DNA of 24,694 bases from Azolla caroliniana (Eukaryota; Plantae; Polypodiophyta), in NCBI GenBank assembly GCA_043228905.1, contig JBHGNT010000453.1:1-24694 (forward strand), read 5' to 3'. The notes under the pieces were generated by a model, which did not search any database, was not told the DNA's origin, and saw nothing but the letters and a program-made list of their open reading frames with translations. A program made the translations under genes and the position numbers. Positions 1 through 9,019 of this stretch are shown here, one piece after another (the first letter of the stretch is position 1; every line of letters starts with the position of its first letter).

Positions 1-262
1 AATTTGTGGTGGGCGAAACAACTAGTTGAGGACTTTTGCCAGACCTTTGGAGCCAATGTCAACTAGAATAAAACCTCGGGCCTCTGGACTTGTGCGGAGG
101 AGAAACCAAGGTGGCAACCCCACGTTGATTTTGACTGGGTTCCAGACGGGACGACCTTCAAGTACCTAGGGTTTATGATGGGGAGGGACATCCCCCAAAG
201 GGGTGCAACTATCCCATGTGCAATCCAAAATAAGTAGGAAGCTGAACTATTGGTCTTACGGG
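1..262 (+). mobile_element. LINE (L1/Tx1-like) ORF2 reverse transcriptase fragment, decayed
   Basis: Frame 1 reads NLWWAKQLVEDFCQTFGANVN*NKTSG...FDWVPDGTTFKYLGF and, after a frameshift, KISRKLNYWS. These resemble the SGxxVNxxKS, KYLG and KIxxKLxxW motifs at the C-terminal end of L1-clade RT. Contains a stop and a frameshift. Confidence 0.7.
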
Positions 263-299
263 CATGGTGTCACATGTGACAACATTTGGTTAGGATCAC

Positions 300-2507
300 C
301 CCTGAGACACTAACCCTATTTCATTGGGCATACCTAAGAATCTTAGTAGTCCAAGTTTATCAAATAAATTTGAAGTTCCAAGACTAGCCAAAATATGAGC
401 CATTTGGTTGCATAGTCTTGGATCTGTGCATACCATTAAGGTTCCATTTCTTCTAAGCAAGTTAACAAGGTGTTCTTAGCTTAAGAGGAAGTTAGTAGTA
501 CGAGCAACCATCCAGTTCATGTTCCAACACTCCTAGATATCGGGGCTAATACTTGCTTTCTGGATAGAGATTTTGCTCGAAATCCTCAGGTATCTCTAAG
601 AAAACGTCATTGCCCAGCTTTTGTAGTAGTCATTGATGGTCGCCTCACTGCTTTTGGAAATATCATAGAAGAGTCGAAGCCAGTTCGTGTTGTATAAGAT
701 AATTTGACATGTGTAATGTTATCTTTTAATATAATTAGCAGCCTTGAACATCCAATTGTCTAGGGGTTGTCGTGGTTTGAATTGCATAACCCCAAAATCG
801 ACTGTAGAACGAGAGAAATCAAGTATCACCAACAAGATAATATAAAACCTCAAGCATTTAGTCATAGGATTTTTTCCATTTCGCTACATCAATTATGTAA
901 GGAAGGACGAAAGGAAGTAATGTTTTCATTTGTAGTATCAATGAAGCCTTCCAATATCATTGAGGAAAACTCAACAATTCAACTTCTGAAGAAGTATCAA
1001 GATTATGTTGATGTTTTGATAAGGTAAAAGCGAATACACTTTCATAGGATCAACCACATGATTGTCCCACTGATTTGCAACCATGAAAGGAGCCACCACG
1101 GAGACCGATCTACAATTTGTCATCGATCGAGCTTGAGATTTTTTGAGCCTACATAGAGGAAAACTTGGCAAATAGATTCATTTAACACTCGAAATCTCCC
1201 GCTGCTGCACCTATTTTCTTTGTAAAGAGAAAAAATGGATCACTTCGTCTAGCTGTTGATTATCAGGGTTCGAATAAAGTTATTATCAGGAATACGTCCA
1301 CACTTCCCTTGATCTTTAGTTTTTTAGAATGGATTAACGATGCAAAATATTTACAAAGATCAATTTACAAGGTGTATATAACCTTGTTCGGTTTCGAGTG
1401 GGAGATTAGTGGAAGGCAACAATCCTTACCCGATATGGGCTCTTTGAATATACAGTTATGCCATTTTTTGTCTCACAAATGCACCAATAGTTTTTCAGCA
1501 CATGGAAAATGACATTTTTCAAGATCTTTTGGACATCTTTCTAATAATTTGTCTAGATGATCTATTGATTTACTAAAAAACACAAGAAGCGCATGATTCT
1601 CATGTTCGTCAAGTACTAAAAAGTCTACGACTATATATCCTTTATGCAAAACTAGAGAAGTGTAGTTTTGATTGCAAATAGGTGGAATTCTTAGGCTATG
1701 TCATCTCCCCTGAAGGAATCTTTATGGATCCAACTAAAGTCTAAATAGTGTTGGAGTGACAGAGTTCATGATTTGTGCGAGATGTGCAATGTTTTCTAGG
1801 ATTCACAAACTTCTATCGCAAGTTTATACAGGATTACTAAAAACTTATTTTGTCTCTCACACAACTCACAAAGATGGATCTCAAGAAAGCATTTACATCC
1901 GCTCCTATTCTAACTCATGTTGATCCGCAAAAACCATTTATTATTGACGCGGATGCATCATATTTTGCACTTGGTAATATTTTGTCATTGTAATGTGACA
2001 TTGATAGGAAGCTACATATAATGGCTTTCCATTCGCACAAATTTGACACGATTGAGATAAACTATGAGGTATAGGACAATGAGTTATTAGATATAGTTGA
2101 TTCCTTTGAACAATCACGACATATTTTGGAAGGCTCTCCTCATCAAGTCATTGTATTCAATGACCACAAAAACGTCACCTATTTCTTGAGTGCTAGTATG
2201 CTAAACAGACGACAAGCTTGATGGGCTCAATTTCTTACTCAATTCAATTTTAAGATTACATTTTGTCCGAGCAAGCAACAAAGGAAAGTAGATGCATTAT
2301 CATGACGTTTGTATCTACACCTCGTCCTGGTGATCTGGACTTCGATAATAAAAAACAGGTAATCCTTGGTCTTGCACGGCTTCAAGCAACTACACTCTTT
2401 GACACTCCACTAGATTCAACCATTGTTGATACTATCTGTCATGATCTCACAACAATATCTTTGCTCAAGACATCTTAGATCATATTGATCCCACTTGTAC
2501 ATCCTGT
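300..2507 (+). mobile_element. Ty3/Gypsy chromovirus-type pol pseudogene (protease, RT, RNase H), interrupted at ~2507
   Basis: Protease TLLDIGANTCFLD (DIG at 536-544), GLSWFELHNPKID, RT KSPAAAPIFFVKRKNGSLRLAVDY, catalytic CLDD (decayed YLDD, 1550-1561), VEFLGYVIS, RNase H DADASYFALG, NYEV*DNELL and DHKN. Many stops and frameshifts. Left boundary approximate. Homology to the second Gypsy copy ends at ~2507. Confidence 0.9.
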
Positions 2508-2509
2508 TA

Positions 2510-2895
2510 TGTTATGATGTGGACCGTAAATCAACAAGCAAAATAGGCTGTGATGATACACAGAACAAAGATAAATAGAAAATAGCAAAATACATAGTAC
2601 ACAAGATTTACGTGGAAACCCTAAAACAGGGAAAACCACACACCGGCACACTTTCACTATGAAGAGAGGGAAGTACAAGAGAAAGGTTACAAGTCTCTGA
2701 AAAACAAAGAATACCCACTTATGGTTTTTGCAAGTTCCACTAAACTTTGTCGTCTCTCACTCACTTTCACTCTTGTTTGCTACCTTCTCTCTGTAGCTCG
2801 ACTATACTCAATCTACACAATTCTGCTACTTCATCTCCATAAAGTATGCCCTAACTCCATATATTTATAGATGGGAATAAGTTCTTATTAGATAA
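2510..2895 (-). mobile_element. Partial Copia-type LTR (LTR A, U5/R side) inserted into the Gypsy pol
   Basis: Gypsy homology stops abruptly at a TGTT terminus (2505 or 2510). The sequence acacaagatttacgtggaaaccct...gggaaaaccac resembles reverse-oriented Copia U5. Minus-strand TATA CTATAAATAT at 2861-2870. Cut off at 2895 by LTR B. Confidence 0.55.
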
Positions 2896-3084
2896 TGTAA
2901 AAAGATAAGTGCGGAAACGTATGCGGAAGACACAATAGTACACAGTTGGTTATCCGGAAGTACTACAATTAGATAAACACGAAGAATGTGGGGGGGGGGG
3001 GGAGAGAGAGAGACTGAGTGAGAGTGGACAACGAAACGAGTCTATTACAAAATGCTTAGTACATACAATGTGCTCAGTGAGCAC

Positions 3085-3092
3085 TATTTATA
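3085..3092 (-). promoter_or_regulatory. LTR B TATA box
   Basis: TATAAATA on the minus strand, downstream of the U3 region and upstream of a pyrimidine-rich leader. Confidence 0.55.
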
Positions 3093-3204
3093 CAAGTTCA
3101 CAAAAGGACTGACAGAAGTATTGACCAATACTTCAATGCTCTTAAAAGAGTCTTTCACACTAATTGCCTATATTAGGCCTATTTTCTAGAATAGGTCTAA
3201 TCAG

Positions 3205-3687
3205 CACGTGTGACGTTCCTCTGTCATCCGGATCTGACATTCGATTCGTCATCCAGATTTTGTGTTCGGCTTCTTCAGCCGATCCAGCATTCGGTCTGGA
3301 AATAAGACCTAGCCAACCGGAGCAACTCCGGTCTAACCTGTCGGTCCGGCCCATGTTGAGCTTCCTCGCTCAACAAATAATAATAATAATAGTCGTTAAT
3401 CAGCCGACTAATCGAATCTACTGTCTGAACTACATCCGACTGATCGACTTGACTGTCTTACCCACAAGTCGGACAGTCTAGTCGATTCGACTAGCCAACT
3501 TCTATGTCGACTATCCAGTCGGTCCAAGTAGCAGACTTTGTCATCGACCATTCGGTCAGCCTATCCCTCACTTGGTTCGTCCAACCAATATGGTCGACTA
3601 CCAAGTCGACTCGCTGATTGATTCGGCCAACCGACAAGACTTCGGTTGCCGACTTCTCCCATGAGGTCACCGACCTCTCCCATTAGG
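3205..3687. promoter_or_regulatory. LTR U3 cluster of CCGAC (DRE/CRT-core) motifs plus a G-box
   Basis: CCGAC/GTCGG at 3340, 3404, 3436, 3468, 3518, 3631, 3649 and 3670. GTCGAC at 3506, 3593 and 3605. CACGTG at 3205 and TGACG at 3211. An 18-bp direct repeat at 3649 and 3670. Confidence 0.45.
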
Positions 3688-3705
3688 AGGGATAGAATCC
3701 TAGCA

Positions 3706-3722
3706 AACTCCCACTTCACTCC
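3706..3722 (-). other. Polypurine tract of the Copia element
   Basis: Minus strand GGAGTGAAGTGGGAGTT lies between the end of RNase H coding and the TG of the LTR. Confidence 0.7.
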
Positions 3723-3726
3723 TATA

Positions 3727-4972
3727 GGGAGAGTTTGCCAATCTTGTCTTATGTTGACAAACTCTGAGTCTGTCCATAGGGAGGGTTTTCGTGAGCATGT
3801 CGGAGCCATTATCATCAGTATGGATCTTCATAAGGGTAAATCTTCCTCATCCACTTTCTCTTGTAAACAGTGATACCTTCTTTGTATATGCTTGGTCCGG
3901 GTGTGGTAAGCAACGTTCTTGGCTAGATGTATGGCACTTTGTTTATCATAGTGGAGTAGGAATTTTTCTTGTATCATTCCTAATTCATTGAGAAAATTCT
4001 TCATCCATATCAACTCTTTCCCTGCCTCTATCGTAGCCATATATTCTGCCTTCGTGGTAGACAAAGCCACAACTTTTTGCAATCTCGATTGCCATGACAT
4101 AGTTCCCCCTGCATAGGTCATCACATAACCTGAAGTGGATCGACTGGAGTCTATATCCCCTAACATGTTTGAGTCGATAAAACCTTCCACCATAGGTTTT
4201 TCGAGACCATACTTAAGGCATACCCTTGAGGTGCCTTTCAAATATTTGAGTATCCATTTCACATCTACCCAATGTTCTCTTCTTGGATTACTTATATATC
4301 AGCTTACTATTCCAACCGCAAATGGTATGTCTGGTCTCGTATAGACCACATCATACATCAAACTGCCAACGATTGAGGCATATGGTACTTTCCTCATCTC
4401 GGCCTTGTCCTTTTCACTTTTCGAACATTGCTTAGCATTCAACTTGCAATTTTTCCGCAATGCAGACACGACCAATTTTGCTTCCGACATGTTAAATCTT
4501 TCCAGAACTTTTGTCACATACTTCTCTTTGACAAACATAGCACATTCTTAGTTTTGTCTTGAACTATGTGCATCCCCAATATTTTCTTTGTCGGTCCAAG
4601 ATCTTTCATGGAAAATGACTTGCCTAGTGCTTTCTTCAAGCTCGCAATCTTCTTGGTGTCTTGTCCGAGCACTAACATGTCATCCACATATAGCAAGAGA
4701 ATCAAGAAGTCGCCTTCATTATACCTTTTGACAAACACACAATGATCAACTTATGTTTTATGGAATCCATGTTCCAACATGAAGGATTTGAACTTCTTAT
4801 ACCATTGGCGTGAAGCTTGCTTCAGACCATACAAGCTTTTCTTCAGTCGACACACCAAATTCTCTTTTCCTTTCTCCTCAAAACCTTTGGGTTGCTGCAT
4901 GTAGATCTCTTCATCTAATTCCCCATGCCAGAGTGCTATTTTGACATCCAATTGCTCTATTTCCAGATTCAT
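3727..4972 (-). mobile_element. Ty1/Copia (Tnt1-like) RT-RNase H pseudogene, 5'-truncated at ~4972
   Basis: [67 protein letters not shown], RNase H GDIDSSRSTSGY, STTKAEY, RTKHI and KIHTDDNGSDMLTK, broken by stops and frameshifts. Confidence 0.95.
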
Positions 4973-5227
4973 AGAATACGTGTAGAATATGTTAAATACT
5001 TCTTTAATTTTAATTATCTTTTTCAATTTAAAAAAAAATAAATTCCATATTTGTTTTTGAAATTTTAAATACTTGTTAAATACGTAGAATATCTCACATT
5101 CTTAAAATACATAGAATACATGAAAATATGGAAAAATGGTAGTCCTAAAACGTAGAATACGTGTGGAACATTTCAAAGTATTCTAAAACGTATTCTAAAC
5201 GTAGAATACAAGTTTTTAACAACTATG
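4970..5227. mobile_element. AT-rich DNA-transposon-like end (hAT/MITE-like) with subterminal repeats; also at 11922-12179 and 18874-19131
   Basis: Repeated (C)GTAGAATAC/TATTCTA motifs in both orientations. Ends in TTTTAACAACTATG (reverse complement CATAGTTGTTAAAA), which resembles a hAT-type terminus. No TSD or full partner TIR seen. Confidence 0.35.
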
Positions 5228-5607
5228 CCTTATTTAAACATCGAGAATCAGTGCTTTGAAATATGAATATCTCTTCTTAGGAAGGAGACATACATCCAAA
5301 AAAATTTTGTACTTAGGTTCCATGGGTCAATATTGGCCTGTCTATGGACACAAAAAATATCTATCTATTTAGCCTCCTCGAACATTGTCAAATAGGATTG
5401 GAGACTTCCCCTTACTACAATGTAGGCTAAATGTGCCACAAAGATGTATTTGTGGAAGGCAAATTTTGACCCTTGCACCTTTAATTTAAGTACAATGCAT
5501 TGTATTTACCAATTGGGTAACTAGTATTGAGTGTTTAATTTCTAATTAATACATAGTCAAAAACCACTAAAACAAAGCCACACTCACAAATCCATGACCC
5601 ATCCTTT

Positions 5608-5853
5608 CTGGTTCAAGTCCTCTCTCGTCTGGCTCATATTTCCTTTGCGCATGTATAACTTCGCGACAACGTTGGCTATATGAGTATAACAATTACAACT
5701 CCCTACAATAGGTTTGGTGGCCTTGCGTAACTGGTTCAAGTCCTCTCTAGTCTTCCTCGCATTTCCTTTGTGCACATATAACGTTGTGACAACGTTGGCT
5801 ATATGAATATAACAACAAAAACTCGCTAAAATAAGTTTGGTGGCCTCACTTAA
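5608..5853 (+). repeat. Diverged 2 x 123-bp tandem duplication; also at 12560-12805 and 19512-19757
   Basis: CTGGTTCAAGTCCTCTCT starts at 5608 and 5731. Both copies end GTTTGGTGGCCT...TAA. Confidence 0.9.
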
Positions 5854-5880
5854 TTAGCTATTGCATTTTATGAGTTAAAC

Positions 5881-6239
5881 CCTTCTTAGTCAATTTGCTA
5901 CTAGATGTGTATATTAGTTAATGAAAAAATATTCGAAACAATTCTAGCTAATTTGCTACTAAATGTCCTCTCTTAACTAATTAGATACTAGACATTATAC
6001 TTTGCCAAACTAGTCTTAACTAATTAGCTATTAACTATCAGTTGTAGGATGTGTATATGTTGGCTAAGATAGCCTTCTTAGTCAATTCGCTACTAGATGT
6101 GTATATTAGTTAATGAAAAACTATTCGAAACAATTCTAGCTAATTTGCTTCTAAATGTCCTCTCTTAATTAGTTAGATACTAGACATTATCACTTTGCCG
6201 AAGTAGCCTTAACTAATTAGCTATTACCTGTTAGTTGTA
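5881..6239 (+). repeat. Diverged ~192-bp tandem duplication (~1.9 copies); also at 12833-13191 and 19785-20143
   Basis: CCTTCTTAGTCAATT.GCTACTAGATGTG starts at 5881 and 6073, with internal TAATTAGCTA/TAATTTGCTA sub-repeats. Confidence 0.9.
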
Positions 6240-8302
6240 TTAGAGTGGCAAATTCCACGTTCGTTGCGAGATGTGCAATGTTTTTTAGGATTCGCAAATT
6301 TCTATCGCAAGTTTATATAGGACTACTCAAAGCTTATTTTGCCGCTCACACAACTTACAAAGAAGGGGCAATAATTTGTTTGGACAAAGGAAGCGGACAC
6401 GACTTTTGAGGGTCTCAAGAAAGCATTTACATCGGCTCCTATTCTAACTCATGTTGATCCGCAAAAACCATTCATCAATGAGGCAAGCGTGTTAGATTTT
6501 GCCCTCGGTAGTATTTTGTCACATCAAGGGGACGATGAGAAGGCTTTTTTTAGAAGGATATCCTCATCAAGTCACTGTATTTAGTGATCACAAGAATCTT
6601 GCCTACTTCCAGAATGCTTGCATATTAAATAGACGACAAGCTCGGTGGGCCCCGTTCCTCACTCGTTTCGACTTCAAGATTACATATCGTCCGGGCAAGC
6701 AATGGGGGAAGGTAGATGCATTATCACGACGCTCATATCTAGCTTGTCATCCTGGTGATCCGACCTTCGACAATCAAAAGCAAGTAATCCTGGGACCGAC
6801 ACAACTTCAAGCAACATGGGTTTTTGACACTCAATTGGATTCCCGCATTATCGATACCATACACGAAGATTTGAAGTCAGATGTTTTCGCTCAAGCTATT
6901 GTAGATCAAATTGATCCCTCTTGGGCATCTTGTTCATGGTCACCACAACCAGGTACAGATTGTCGACAATTCCAATGTCACGATGGATTACTCTTATTTA
7001 AGAAACTTTTGTATGTTCCCAATGGTTCATGTCGCCTTTGAATAGTACAAAATTGTCATGACACATACCCAACCAGACATTTTGGTAGTACTAAAACGTT
7101 GGATTTAGTATAACGATCATTTTGGTGGCCTTATATGCGAAGATTTGTCGAAGACTATGTTCGGACATGTGATACATGTTGTAGAGCGAAGATGCCTAGG
7201 AATCATCCACATGGTTTGTTGGAGCCATTACCGATCCCAAGCAAACCGTGACAATCTATTCCTCTGGATTTTATCACAGATCTTCTAGATTCGAAGGGCT
7301 TTAATGCGATCTTAATAGTGGTAGATTGATATACTAAGATGGCACATTTTGTGCCCTGTACTAAAGAAATCATGGTCTTCCCGACAGGAATTGTTATGCG
7401 TGAAGTATTTCGGCATCATGGTCTTCCCAATAGTATCATCAATGATCGTGGACCTCAATTCGTCTCTAAATTTTGGAAGCATCTCTTCAAAATGCTCAAG
7501 GTCACCTGCAATCTCTCCTTCGGCTACCATCCCCAAACAGATGCACAAGCAGAATGTACCAATCAAATGCTGGAATAGTATCTTCGGTGTTTCCTAAGCT
7601 ATCAACAAGATGATTGGATAGATATTCTCCACTTTGTTGAATTTTCTTATAATAATTTTATCCACTCCTCTACTAGGGTTACACCATTCTATGCTTATAT
7701 AGGCTATCATCCTTGTTGGTGTGCAAAACTCCTGAGTTCCCCACAAATCCTAGTGCAGAGGATCATTTGGGGTGGCTACGACGAATTCAGGTAGAACTAT
7801 CTACCCACCTACATCACACCCAACAAACACTGAAGGATTATGCGGATCGTCATTAGCTTCCATCCTATTTTGGTATTGGAGATAGAGTATGGCTATTATG
7901 ACGACACATCAAGATTACTCGACCATGTGACAAACTGGATTATCGACGGTTAGGCCCTTTCCGTATTAACGAAAAAATTAGTGATGTCACTTTTTGCCTA
8001 GATCTACCTCTGCAACTACGGATACATCTGGTATTTCATATTCTCTTCTAGAACCCTATCAAGACAACACTATTCCCAATCGTATTATACCACCTCCACC
8101 CCCGATCGAATTTGAAGATGGACATGAGTACGAGGTTGCTGCCATCCTCGATTCCAAGATTGTTCACAACAAGCTCTACAATTTGGTCTATTGGCTAGGC
8201 TATAGTCTAAGCAAGCATACTTGGGAACCAATAGAGAATGTGGTCAATGCTCGAGCACTTCTTGAAAATTTCCATCGTCAATTTCCAGACAAACCAGGTC
8301 CT
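6237..8302 (+). mobile_element. Chromovirus (Ty3/Gypsy, Tcn1-like) pol 3' half: RT end, RNase H, integrase, chromodomain; pseudogene (unit 1)
   Basis: [35 protein letters not shown], zinc finger CHD...HFG...CDTC, LDFITDL, NDRGPQFVSKFW, HPQTDAQAE, LGPF, and chromodomain EYEVAAILDSK...YWLGY...TWEP...FHRQFPDKPGP. Multiple stops. Confidence 0.95.
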
Positions 8303-8537
8303 TGTGTGCACATCTTATCTTAATACACCCATTCTTCTCTAATAATCTCGTTCCTTTCTTCTTCTATTCTCTTTATATCCTTCTTCCATCACTCTATCTT
8401 TTACACTATTCCGATAGTTTGATTTGAGTTTATTTGAGAATACTTGTATGTCTCTATTTAAAGGTTCCTATAGAATAGTCTAGATATTTTTGTAATGTTC
8501 TAGAATGTTCTAGACCTATAATATTCTTGTCATGATA
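8303..8537. mobile_element. Gypsy LTR-like fragment; also at 15255-15489 and 22207-22441
   Basis: TTCTAGAATGTTCTAGA repeats, a minus-strand TATA-like CTTTAAATAG, and a terminus GTCATGATA (decayed TGACA). No PPT after the chromodomain, so orientation is uncertain. Confidence 0.4.
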
Positions 8538-8619
8538 TGGCATGGTATGGCTCCAAAAGGATTTCAACCCATGACCTCATGTTACATGGGTTGAACCCCT
8601 ACCATTAAACTATGCATTG
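8538..8619 (-). pseudogene. tRNA-derived sequence (SINE head or tRNA pseudogene); also at 15490-15571 and 22442-22523
   Basis: Minus strand has A-box TAGTTTAATGGTA (8612-8600) and GAGGTCATGGGTTGAAATCC with a B-box one mismatch from GGTTCRANNCC (8569-8559), at tRNA-like spacing. The cloverleaf stems do not pair properly. Confidence 0.6.
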
Positions 8620-8702
8620 TAATACAAAAAATATTATTTTCATTGTTAGTCTTAAGCTTCTTAGTTGTTCTTGTATCTTTCTTCATATAATATACTTCTT
8701 GG

Positions 8703-8711
8703 TGTCATCAT

Positions 8712-8742
<31 letters not shown>

Positions 8743-8959
8743 CTTCTCTCGTGAGTTCCACACACTCCCTTCCTCTTATTACTAATCCTCATAGTACTTT
8801 CCTCCTCTATCTCTAGTACGAATTCCCTCTATGTCTTTAGTACTATTCTTGACAATTCTAAGATGTTCTAGGATATTCTAGAACATTCTAGAATGTTCTA
8901 GACTTTTACAATGATCAATATATATTATTAAAGGTAGCTTTTATTATTTTTATATGACA
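8703..8959. mobile_element. Short solo-LTR-like segment TGTCAT...ATGACA; also at 15655-15911 and 22607-22863
   Basis: 6-bp inverted termini, an internal (CT)n and TTCTAGAACATTCTAGAATGTTCTAGA repeats. Flanks CTTGG and ATAAG are not a TSD. Confidence 0.4.
8716..8742 (+). repeat. (CT)13 microsatellite; also at 15668-15694 and 22620-22646
   Basis: Direct reading. Same length in all three units. Confidence 0.9.
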
Positions 8960-9019
8960 ATAAGCTATCTTAATGGTTCAAGTCCAGGTGAAGCCATGAT
9001 GTTCATGTCATGTTTTAAC

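Larger units (their letters stand above)
2896..3705 (-). mobile_element. 3' LTR (~810 bp, LTR B) of the minus-strand Copia element
   Basis: Minus strand begins TGCT at 3705, directly after a polypurine tract, and ends TACA at 2896 (TG...CA). TATAAATA at 3092-3085 is followed by a CT-rich/poly-C leader and TTCCGC motifs near the 3' end. The 2896 boundary is inferred because no partner LTR is in the window. Confidence 0.65.

Noticed and set aside
268-281. Perfect palindrome TGTCACATGTGACA resembling fused Gypsy LTR termini
   Set aside because: Too short to support and no TSD. May only mark the LINE/Gypsy boundary.
2990-3012. G13 plus (AG)n as a G-quadruplex
   Set aside because: A single homopolymer in an LTR leader. 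Its length is error-prone and there is no further support.
3160-3991. Several short ORFs on both strands
   Set aside because: They lie in the LTR or antisense to Copia RNase H and have no protein motifs.
5488-5525. Hairpin AAGTACAATGCATTGTATTT followed by CTAGT, resembling a Helitron 3' end that could explain a rolling-circle array
   Set aside because: The hairpin is AT-rich, no Rep/Helicase or 5' TC end is identifiable, and the array junction is at 4911, not at this CTAG.
5584-5775. 63-aa ORF with an internal repeat (TREDLNQ twice)
   Set aside because: By-product of the 123-bp (multiple of 3) DNA duplication, non-ATG start, no recognisable domain.
5608-6239. Possible CRISPR-like or satellite array
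   Set aside because: Only two diverged copies of each unit, no unique spacers, eukaryotic context.
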